This document shows, in pieces, positions 49,676-57,954 of a stretch of DNA of 64,000 nucleotides. The stretch covers positions 62,001 through 126,000 of the IMG/VR virus record IMGVR_UViG_3300023199_000204; one strand, given 5' to 3'. The notes under the pieces are model-generated. The model ran no database searches. It was given only the letters and a program-made list of their open reading frames with translations, and was not told the DNA's origin. A program made the translations under genes and the position numbers. How positions within the stretch are numbered: the stretch's first letter is position 1; every line of letters begins with the position of its first letter.

Positions 49676-50673
49676 TGAAAATAAATAATACTGATAAAAT
49701 TTTGGTGACTGGCGGACGAGGCTTTCTTGGAAAGCACGTTGTTCAAGAATTGAAAAATAGGGGCTATGAAGATATAACTATTGCGCCTCCAAGTTCTCAA
49801 TTAGATTTAAGAAACAAAGATTTAGTTGAAGGATATTTTCAGGCATTAAAGCCTGATGGAGTAATTCATTTGGCAGCTTTCTGCGGTGGAATTGGAAAAA
49901 ATCAAGAAAACCCGAACAAAATGTTGAGAGATAATATAAGTATTAATATGAATGTTCTTGATTCATTTAGAAATACTGGTGGAAAACTTGTTGCCGTTGG
50001 CTCTGTTTGTTCTTACCCTAAAAACTGTCCTGTGCCTTTTAAAGAAGAAGATTTGTTTTCAGGATTTCCAGAGGAAACTAATTCTCCTTACGGCATAGCG
50101 AAAAGAGTTATGCTTATGGATATGTTGTCTTATGGTAATAAATGGTATAAAGGTAGAGAGGTGTTTTTGATGCCTGCTAATCTTTATGGACCAGGAGATG
50201 GATTTTTTAAGGATGGGGCTCACGTAATTCCTGATATTATATCAAAAATACATACGACTATCGAAGCAAAAAAAGCATATCAGGCAACTCATCCTGGCGA
50301 TAAGTATAAATATAATTATCTTGAATGTTGGGGTGATGGAAGTCCAACTAGAGAATTCCTATATGTCCAGGACGCAAGCAGAGCCATTGTGGCGGCTTTG
50401 GAGAAGGCAGATGATGTTGGACCATATAATATTGGAAACGGCGTTGAGACGAGTATTAAAGAGCTTGTGGAGAAAATTGCTGAAATTATGAAGTTTGATG
50501 GAGAAATAAGGTGGGACGCAAATAAGCCAAATGGTCAGCCAAAAAGATGTTTGAATGTTAATAAAGCAAAAGAAGCATTTGGTTTTAAAGCAGAAGTTGA
50601 TTTAGATTTAGGATTAAATGAAACAATTTTATGGTTCAAAGAATTAGTAAAAGGAAAAATTAAAAAGGATTAA
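49675..50673 (+). CDS. fcl: GDP-L-fucose synthase family
   Basis: GGRGFLG, HLAAFCGGI..N, CSYPK, YGIAKR, NLYGP, WGDGSPTREFLY, KPNGQPKR. Confidence 0.92.
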   Translation: MKINNTDKILVTGGRGFLGKHVVQELKNRGYEDITIAPPSSQLDLRNKDLVEGYFQALKPDGVIHLAAFCGGIGKNQENPNKMLRDNISINMNVLDSFRNTGGKLVAVGSVCSYPKNCPVPFKEEDLFSGFPEETNSPYGIAKRVMLMDMLSYGNKWYKGREVFLMPANLYGPGDGFFKDGAHVIPDIISKIHTTIEAKKAYQATHPGDKYKYNYLECWGDGSPTREFLYVQDASRAIVAALEKADDVGPYNIGNGVETSIKELVEKIAEIMKFDGEIRWDANKPNGQPKRCLNVNKAKEAFGFKAEVDLDLGLNETILWFKELVKGKIKKD

Positions 50674-50676
50674 TTA

Positions 50677-51654
50677 ATGAAAAAAACAGCGTTAATAATT
50701 GGCGTATGCGGTCAAGCGGGTTCATATTTAGCAGAGTTTTTACTAGAAAAAGACTATCGTGTTGTGGGAGTAATGAGACGAAATGCGACCGCTGATCTTG
50801 GAAACGCCACACATTTAGAGAATGATATTGAAATTGTTGAAGGAGACATTACTGATTTTAGCAGTATATTGAAAATTATTCAACTAACCCGTCCTCAAGA
50901 ACTATATTCATTGGCAGCACAGTCTCACGTTAAAACAAGTTTTGATCAGCCAATTGCTTCTGTAAATATTAATTTACTTGGTGTGGTTAACATACTTGAA
51001 TCTGTTAAAACTTTGGGGTATTCTACAAGAATTGCCCAAGCATCGACTTCTGAATTATGGGGAGCAACTGCTCCACCACATAATGAAGATAGTTATATGG
51101 CTCCAAGGAGCCCTTATGCTATTGCCAAACTTGGTGCCCATTGGTTTGTTAAAATGTATCGGGAAGCATATGGGATGTATGCTTGTAATGCTATTATTCA
51201 TAACTATGAAAGCCCTAGGCGTGGTCCGAAGTTTGTAACTCGTAAAATTACATTAGGAGTTGCCGAATGTTTAAAAGACCCAGACTTTAGGCTTAAGCTT
51301 GGTAATATAAAAGCAAAAAGGGATTGGTCACACGCAAAAGATATGGTCCGTGGTTGGTGGACGATGCTTCAACAGCCAGAGCCAGATGATTTTGTATTTG
51401 GTTCTGGTCAAATGAGGAGCGTGGAAGAATTTTTAGAAAAAGCATTTTCAATTGTCGAATTAGATTGGCAAGACAAAGTAGATATAGATAGGTTCCATAT
51501 GCGACCACTTGAAGTGGATGCCCTATGTGCCGATACATCGAAAGCAAAGGAAATATTGAACTGGGAGCCAGAGATAAGTTTTGATGAGCTGGTGGAAGAA
51601 ATGGTTAAATCAGATTGTAAATTATTGGGAGTAGGTAGTGAAAATTATAAATAG
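50677..51654 (+). CDS. gmd: GDP-mannose 4,6-dehydratase
   Basis: GQAGSYLAEFLL, LAAQSHV..SF, QASTSE, SPYAIAK, ESPRRG..FVTRKI, RDWSHAKD. Confidence 0.95.
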   Translation: MKKTALIIGVCGQAGSYLAEFLLEKDYRVVGVMRRNATADLGNATHLENDIEIVEGDITDFSSILKIIQLTRPQELYSLAAQSHVKTSFDQPIASVNINLLGVVNILESVKTLGYSTRIAQASTSELWGATAPPHNEDSYMAPRSPYAIAKLGAHWFVKMYREAYGMYACNAIIHNYESPRRGPKFVTRKITLGVAECLKDPDFRLKLGNIKAKRDWSHAKDMVRGWWTMLQQPEPDDFVFGSGQMRSVEEFLEKAFSIVELDWQDKVDIDRFHMRPLEVDALCADTSKAKEILNWEPEISFDELVEEMVKSDCKLLGVGSENYK

Positions 51655-51919
51655 TGGATTTGAAATTGGAGACAAAATAAAACATACTAAAGAATACATA
51701 GAGTGTTGTACTAATAAAAACTATAATGCTTCAGACATATTTATAGTTTACGATGTCCTTTTTTCCAGAGGTTATGAAAAATTAACAATTTGTTTTCAAG
51801 ATTCGTGGGCAATAAAAAATAATAAACACTATTCAGTTGATATTTCCTATGATAGAAAATTTTATCAGAAAGTAAATTATAAATATTTTCAAGAAAAAGT
51901 ATTTGAAAAGGTGAATTAA
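51638..51919 (+). CDS. Small tandem paralogue 1 (FxIGD-type family)
   Basis: MKIINSGFEIGDKIKH...KVFEKVN. Confidence 0.7.
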   Translation: MKIINSGFEIGDKIKHTKEYIECCTNKNYNASDIFIVYDVLFSRGYEKLTICFQDSWAIKNNKHYSVDISYDRKFYQKVNYKYFQEKVFEKVN

Positions 51920-52255
51920 ATGAAAATACTTAATACTTTTGCTTTTAAAATAGGTGATAGAATTAAATTTACAAAAGAATTTATGGAGTTTTTCTATCCA
52001 GGAATTCACGGACCTGGTAGAGCCATATATTTAATAAATGAGATAAAACAAATGAGGAAGTCTGTAAAAAAGGTTAATCCTAATTGTAAAAAGGGTCATA
52101 TATATTTATATATATATGATATAACTCACGGTAATAACAATAACAGCAAAATAAATGAAATAACATTTTATTTATATCCAAACAACACCCTTGCCTATGG
52201 ATCTGAATTTAAAGGGAAAGTATTTAAAGGGAAAGTATTTGAGAGGGTAAAATGA
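51920..52255 (+). CDS. Small tandem paralogue 2
   Basis: MKILNTFAFKIGDRIKF...KVFERVK; in-frame 15-bp tandem duplication at 52208..52237. Confidence 0.7.
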   Translation: MKILNTFAFKIGDRIKFTKEFMEFFYPGIHGPGRAIYLINEIKQMRKSVKKVNPNCKKGHIYLYIYDITHGNNNNSKINEITFYLYPNNTLAYGSEFKGKVFKGKVFERVK

Positions 52256-52572
52256 AAATATTAAACACAAATTCAAATTTACCATTTAAAATTGGTGATA
52301 AAATTATATATAATCCAAAATTAAAACATTGGGTTAAACATTCTGGAATTGTTAAGTGGAAAGATTTAATTGATAGAATAGACAAATTTAATAAAAACCC
52401 AAGAATTGTGGATGATATTCAAAGAGGCGGCGACTGCTACTATGTTTGTTTAAGAATTAATACCAAATTAGTAATTGGTCATACTATGTATCAGTTGGAT
52501 TTAAATGGAAGATCTTTAGAAACTATATGGAGAGCATTCCCTAATCCATTATTTGTGAGGCTTGAAAAATGA
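52252..52572 (+). CDS. Small tandem paralogue 3
   Basis: MKILNTNSNLPFKIGDKIIY...LFVRLEK. Confidence 0.7.
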   Translation: MKILNTNSNLPFKIGDKIIYNPKLKHWVKHSGIVKWKDLIDRIDKFNKNPRIVDDIQRGGDCYYVCLRINTKLVIGHTMYQLDLNGRSLETIWRAFPNPLFVRLEK

Positions 52573-52865
52573 AAGTATTAAATAGTGATTTTGATGTTGG
52601 TAATATTGTTGTTTATACCAAAGAATATAAAAAATATCTTGTTGAAAATAAATCAACAATACTAAAGCCTTTGGAATTTTATGAACAGGAATTTACTGTT
52701 TATGATGTAATAAAATTTCGCAGAATGAAAATAACTAGATTGTGTTTAAAAGACGAAGATTTTCTTAAAAAAGATTTAGTATATACTGTGGATTTAAATC
52801 CAGCTGGGACTTCAGTTGTAGAAAGGAAAAAATTTTCTGGGCAGGTTTTTGAGAGGTTAAAATGA
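52569..52865 (+). CDS. Small tandem paralogue 4
   Basis: MKVLNSDFDVGNIVVY...QVFERLK. Confidence 0.7.
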   Translation: MKVLNSDFDVGNIVVYTKEYKKYLVENKSTILKPLEFYEQEFTVYDVIKFRRMKITRLCLKDEDFLKKDLVYTVDLNPAGTSVVERKKFSGQVFERLK

Positions 52866-53647
52866 GCAAGGTTGGAATATATTCTCCAAGTTATAATGTC
52901 GATAAATATTTACCAGACCTAATTAGAAGCTTACAGGAACAGACATTTAAAGATTGGAAAGTTGCGATATTAGATGATGGTTCCACTGATAAGTCATATG
53001 AGGTTGTCAAGTCTTTATCTAAAACTGATGATAGGATTATTGTTGAAAAAAGACCAAATCACAATGGAAGAATAGGTTTTATAAAAAATGAAACAATAAA
53101 GCTTTTAGGAGATGTAGAATACTTATGTAGTGTTGATGCTGATGATATGATCACACCAAGAGCTTTAGAAACATTCGTTAATTTCCTTGATAAAAATAAA
53201 AATTATGGAGCAGCTTGCGGCAGCTTTGAATGTTTTAATGATGAAGGAAAAAAGTGGCAATTTAGTCACGTGGCAAATTCAAATGAGTTTAGTTCTGAAG
53301 TTTTATTAAAGTATATGTGTTTCTTTCCTATGAGATTTTATAGAAAAGAATGTTATGATGAAATTGGCGGCTATGATAATAATTTAACTTCAGCAATTGA
53401 TTATGATTTTGCTTTAAAACTAGATGAAAAATTTTTAATTAAAAGAATAAAATCTCCTATAAGTTATTTATATAGGCAACACAGTATTCAAATTTCTCAA
53501 AGAGAAAGGCCAGAGCAAAATAATAATGCTAAATTAGCTCTACAAAATGCTTTAAAGAGAAGGGGTTTAAAAGGAAAAGTTTTAAATGACACCCCTCCTT
53601 TTCAGATAAAATATGAGCAAAATAAGCATTTTATTTGGAGACCATAA
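52862..53647 (+). CDS. GT2 glycosyltransferase
   Basis: PSYNV.KYL, LDDGSTD, VDADD, GGYD...AIDYDF. Confidence 0.92.
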   Translation: MSKVGIYSPSYNVDKYLPDLIRSLQEQTFKDWKVAILDDGSTDKSYEVVKSLSKTDDRIIVEKRPNHNGRIGFIKNETIKLLGDVEYLCSVDADDMITPRALETFVNFLDKNKNYGAACGSFECFNDEGKKWQFSHVANSNEFSSEVLLKYMCFFPMRFYRKECYDEIGGYDNNLTSAIDYDFALKLDEKFLIKRIKSPISYLYRQHSIQISQRERPEQNNNAKLALQNALKRRGLKGKVLNDTPPFQIKYEQNKHFIWRP

Positions 53648-54493
53648 ATGGAAAGAAAAAAAATATTTATTATTGGGTCGGCAGGATTTTTAATGTCGAA
53701 TTTTACAAGATATTTGTTATATAGAACAAAAGATTATGAAATAATAAGCGTTGATGATATAGGAACAATAGGGAAGAAAAAGCGGATATATTTTAATACT
53801 TTACACAAGTATTATCCTTCAGGGTTAAATAGAGAGTCATTAATTAATATTATTAAATTTGAAAATCCTGATATGATCATAAACGGATTATACAGTCCAA
53901 AACAATTGTTTAGCGAAATAATGTCATTTGATGTTAATAAAGTTTTATATTCCTTAGGCTATGGCGAAAAAACAATTCATATTGAAGGGAGAGACCATTA
54001 TGATGAAGCCTCAAATGTACTTGAGAAATCTGCGTCAAAGTTTATACTTAAATCTGGGGGAACTGTAATAAAAATACCAAATATTATAGGAATGCGAGAA
54101 GATAATGTTAGAGGATCAATAAGATTCACTATGTTTGATTTATTAAATAGCAAGCAAGATAGTAAAGCTATTATTAATGATACATATCCCACTGCTTATG
54201 CTGAAGATTTAGCATCATTAATTTGGTATGTAATGGAGAAAGAGATTAAGGGAAGCGTATTAATGCCAAAGTTAGGTGATATTAACACAATTGATATAGC
54301 ACACACTGTTAATGAGGTTTCTTTCAATAATGAAAAAGAAATACTAATGGTTGATGAAGGAGAAATTTTTCATACTGACTATGATGATCTTAAAAGTATA
54401 GATGGCTGGATTCCTGACTCAACTTCTATAGAGGATGTTATTAAAAACACAGTGGCGTGGTATAATAGTAATCCGTGGGCCTTATGGATGTAG
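53648..54493 (+). CDS. Degenerate NAD-dependent epimerase/dehydratase (RmlB-like)
   Basis: IIGSAGFLMSNFTRYLL..YEIISVD resembles the RmlB N-terminus, but TDExYG and YxxSK are not found. Confidence 0.6.
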   Translation: MERKKIFIIGSAGFLMSNFTRYLLYRTKDYEIISVDDIGTIGKKKRIYFNTLHKYYPSGLNRESLINIIKFENPDMIINGLYSPKQLFSEIMSFDVNKVLYSLGYGEKTIHIEGRDHYDEASNVLEKSASKFILKSGGTVIKIPNIIGMREDNVRGSIRFTMFDLLNSKQDSKAIINDTYPTAYAEDLASLIWYVMEKEIKGSVLMPKLGDINTIDIAHTVNEVSFNNEKEILMVDEGEIFHTDYDDLKSIDGWIPDSTSIEDVIKNTVAWYNSNPWALWM

Positions 54494-54570
54494 ATTTTTT
54501 CTTTTTCGATGTCATTAATAACTTAACAAATCGAGAAAAATTTTCAAGAAAAAAAAATAATGGAGAAAAA

Positions 54571-55455
54571 GTGAAAATTTGTTCAAAATGTAATAATAAA
54601 AAAGATTTAGATGAATTTTCAAAAGGAAAGGGAAAATTAGGGCGAGCTTCGTGGTGTAAAGATTGCCACCATAATTATAAATTACTGAGGAAAAAAGAAA
54701 AATGTAGTTTTTGCGGAAATTTTAAAAAAGTAGATAAAAGAATTGATGATAAAATTTTATGTTCCAATTGTAATTCAAAAATAAATATGAAATTATGTGT
54801 TAGGTGTAAAAAAATAAAAATACCATCGAAAAGAGTAGGTGGCGGGCATATCTGTAAAAGCTGTAATAGAAAAAAAGATTTCTGTTAAAAATGTAATAAT
54901 TATGAAAGAATTGAAATAAAAGATCCTAAAATTTGTCATAAATGTTATAATAATAAAGAAGAATGTTATAAATGTAATAAAATTAAAAAAGTTAATAAAA
55001 GGGCTAGTAATAAACCGTATTGCGAATATTGCTCACCTAATGTTGAAAAATGTTATGTATGTTTTAGAGATAAAAGAGTTCATACTAAAATTGATAATAA
55101 GCCTATTTGTAGTAATTGCTATAACAAAATAAGATATAAAAATGATGAGAATTACAATATAAGGCGTAGAATTAGTAGTAATATTAGGTCTCGTATAAAA
55201 AATAAAGGAAAAGTTAAATATAAAGAAATAATAGAACACCTAGGATCGTGTCCAGGTAAAAGATGTTATTATCATATAGATCATATTTTTCCTTTATCGG
55301 CATTTGACCTAACAAAAAGTGAAGAAAGAAAAATTGCTTTTGCCCCAGAAAATCACCAGTGGCTCAAGAAAGAAGAAAATATAAAAAAGGGAAATAAATA
55401 TAATAAAAAAGAATTAATTAAATTTAAAGAAAAAATAAGGAGTGAGAGTAAATGA
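54571..55455 (+). pseudogene. Zn-repeat HNH endonuclease with one in-frame TAA (54886-54888)
   Basis: GGAG + GTG start; six CxxC..CxxC units, one reading FC*KC; downstream YHIDHIFPLSAFDL..ENHQWL in the same frame; TGA overlaps the tubulin ATG. Confidence 0.88.
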
Positions 55456-56885
55456 GTGAAAGCAAACTAAAGAATAGAGTGGTCGTCACGGATGAACAAG
55501 GAAATGTTGAGAGAATTAAATCTGATGCTGAAATTGTAAAAGAAAATGAAACTCTAGAAAAAGAATTAAATAATCCTATTGAGACAAAAGAAGAACAAAA
55601 ACTTGATATGAATGTTTTGAAGAAACTCAAAGAAAAACAGCAAGATAAGGAGAATGATGTGAAGGCTGTAGGAACTAGAGATAGAAGTTTATACTTTGGA
55701 GCGGTTGGGCTTGGACAAGCCGGCAATCGCCTGATTCAAACGATGAATAGTTTTGGGTATGAAGCCTGTGCTTTTAATACAGCAAAACAAGATCTTGAGC
55801 ATATTAAGCTGCCGGAAAACAAAAAAGTTTATCTAGATTTTGCTCTAGGCGGAGCGGGTAAGGAATTGGATAATGGTCGGCAAGCAGTGGAAAATAATGC
55901 TGACAAGATATTAAAAACTTTAAATGATAATTTTAATGACTCTCACGAAATGTTGGTTTTAGCTGTCTCTGGCGGGGGTGGAACTGGCTCTGGTGGTGCT
56001 GAGGCGATGATAGGCTTAATGTCATCATTAGGAAAGCCAATATGTGTAGTTTATATTCTCCCTATGGCGTCAGAAGACGCTCTATCAAAACACAATGCTG
56101 TTACTACGTTAGGAAAGCTAGCTAAAATGGCAACATCTGATGTAATTACAACGCTAATAGTTATTGATAATGCTAAAATAGAATTGATATATCCCGGATT
56201 AAGTAAAGCAGAGTTTTGGCCCACAGCAAATGACGCAATTGTTAAACCATTACATTTGTTTAATCATTTGTCATCAATGCCTACTTCTTATGATGCTCTA
56301 GACCCAATGGATTTTGGTAGATTATTTACAACTGGTGATTGTACCATTTATGGTATGGTTGAGATTGAAGATTATATGGAAACAACAGCAATTGCTGAAG
56401 CTATTATTGAAAATCTTGAGGATAGTTTATTAGCATCAGATTTTGATCTTAAAGAGACAAGATTTGGTGGATTTATTGTTACATCAAGTGCGGAAGTATT
56501 AAGAAATCTTCCTGCTACAAATATTCACTATGCTTCTCATGTAATTAGCGAGGCCTGTGATTCTCCGCAACTTGTAAAGGGTGTCTATGAACTTGAAAAT
56601 CATCCTGATACTGTTAGAGTATATACAATGCTTAGTGGTTTAGGATTACCTGCTCCAAGAATAGATGCTCTTAAAAATGAGGCTACAGAGCAAATGGCTG
56701 TTTTAAGAGAGAAGGAAAAATCCAGAGCAAGTAAGATGACTGTTGATTATGGAAGTGGAAATGCTACACAAGACAAAGCACAAGAGGTTCATAGAATGAT
56801 ACAACATAAAAAATCAGGATTTGGGAAACTTACAGGAAACTCAAATAAGATTATTAATAAGAAAAAAGATAGAAGAAAAAGGTAA
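55452..56885 (+). CDS. Tubulin/FtsZ-family GTPase (PhuZ/TubZ-like)
   Basis: VGLGQAGN, NTAKQD, GAGK, signature SGGGGTGSGG, IDN, synergy-loop-like LDPMDF; charged N- and C-terminal extensions. Confidence 0.93.
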   Translation: MSESKLKNRVVVTDEQGNVERIKSDAEIVKENETLEKELNNPIETKEEQKLDMNVLKKLKEKQQDKENDVKAVGTRDRSLYFGAVGLGQAGNRLIQTMNSFGYEACAFNTAKQDLEHIKLPENKKVYLDFALGGAGKELDNGRQAVENNADKILKTLNDNFNDSHEMLVLAVSGGGGTGSGGAEAMIGLMSSLGKPICVVYILPMASEDALSKHNAVTTLGKLAKMATSDVITTLIVIDNAKIELIYPGLSKAEFWPTANDAIVKPLHLFNHLSSMPTSYDALDPMDFGRLFTTGDCTIYGMVEIEDYMETTAIAEAIIENLEDSLLASDFDLKETRFGGFIVTSSAEVLRNLPATNIHYASHVISEACDSPQLVKGVYELENHPDTVRVYTMLSGLGLPAPRIDALKNEATEQMAVLREKEKSRASKMTVDYGSGNATQDKAQEVHRMIQHKKSGFGKLTGNSNKIINKKKDRRKR

Positions 56886-57586
56886 TGAAAGTAATAGCTA
56901 ATACACATTTAATTAAAGAATGGAATTATTATAAAAATAAAGACTATGATCCAAATAAAATAACTATTGGAAGTGGTAGAAAATTTTGGTGGATTTGTAA
57001 AAAAAAACACGAGTGGAAAGTTAGAGTTCCTGATAGGCTTAAAAAAAATAGTGGTTGCCCATTTTGTGTTGGTCAGAGAGCAACGCCAGATAAAAGTATA
57101 AAAGTTTTATATCCTGAATTATTAGAAGAGTGGAATGATAAAAGAGAGCCAGTAGATTTTTTACCTATGTCTAATAAGAAAGTAAAATGGATTTGTAGAT
57201 ATGGTCATAAATGGAGTGCCGTAATAGCTGATAGAATAAGAAAAAATAGTGGATGTCCGAGATGTTTTAAAAGAATTTCTGACATATCTCAAAAATGGCT
57301 TGATAAAATTAAAATAGATAAGGATAAAAGAGAGATTTTAATTAAAACTGATAAAAATTCTTATGAAGTAGACGGAATAAATTTTAAAAATAAAATTATT
57401 TATGAGTTTTATGGGTGCTTTTGGCACGGATGCCCAAAGTGTTTCAAAGATGGTGTTAATTTAAAAAGCAAAATGACCTATAAAGAATTATATGATAATA
57501 CGAAAAAAAGAGAACAAAGAATTAAAAAAGCAGGATATAAAATAATTAGTATCTGGGAATGCGAATATAAGAAGAAGTATGAATGA
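56885..57586 (+). CDS. Zinc-ribbon-repeat (x2) Vsr-like nuclease; putative homing endonuclease
   Basis: 2 KEW..WWIC..HEW..R..GCP.C units; VDGI...IYEFYGCFWHGCP. Confidence 0.8.
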   Translation: MKVIANTHLIKEWNYYKNKDYDPNKITIGSGRKFWWICKKKHEWKVRVPDRLKKNSGCPFCVGQRATPDKSIKVLYPELLEEWNDKREPVDFLPMSNKKVKWICRYGHKWSAVIADRIRKNSGCPRCFKRISDISQKWLDKIKIDKDKREILIKTDKNSYEVDGINFKNKIIYEFYGCFWHGCPKCFKDGVNLKSKMTYKELYDNTKKREQRIKKAGYKIISIWECEYKKKYE

Positions 57587-57954
57587 AAACCAAGATAGAA
57601 AAATTAAATGATTTATATATATCTTCAAGACAAGTTGGTCATACAACAGCTATGTTAGAGGGTTTAAGAAAAGTTGGCAAAGGTATTGTAGTGTGTATTA
57701 ACGAACATAATAAAAAATATCTTCAAGATAATATCATATCAAATAATTATAGTCGTATAATTAATACAAATATACTAAAAAATATTAGAATATTTACACT
57801 TAATCAACTCGATTCGATGAAAGGTTTATCAGTTCCAATAGTTGTAGATAATGCTTCATTTATAGAATTAGCTCGGGAAGTAAAAGAATTAAGAAATAAA
57901 TTAAATATAGCACAAGAAAAGATACAAAAACTAAAACAAATATTAGAGGAGTAA
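57583..57954 (+). CDS. Hypothetical protein with RQxGxTT-like motif and C-terminal coiled coil
   Basis: SSRQVGHTTAML; IVVDNA. Confidence 0.55.
   Translation: MKTKIEKLNDLYISSRQVGHTTAMLEGLRKVGKGIVVCINEHNKKYLQDNIISNNYSRIINTNILKNIRIFTLNQLDSMKGLSVPIVVDNASFIELAREVKELRNKLNIAQEKIQKLKQILEE

Noticed and set aside
22811-54493. Bacterial O-antigen/capsule locus
   Set aside because: No flippase, polymerase, ABC exporter or initiating transferase. It is co-oriented between virion and phage replication genes and peppered with phage-type homing endonucleases.
55452-56885. Calling this a nucleus-forming phage, or calling the gene ftsZ
   Set aside because: No chimallin-like gene is visible in the window, and the protein lacks the FtsZ NxDFAD loop and conserved C-terminal core peptide.
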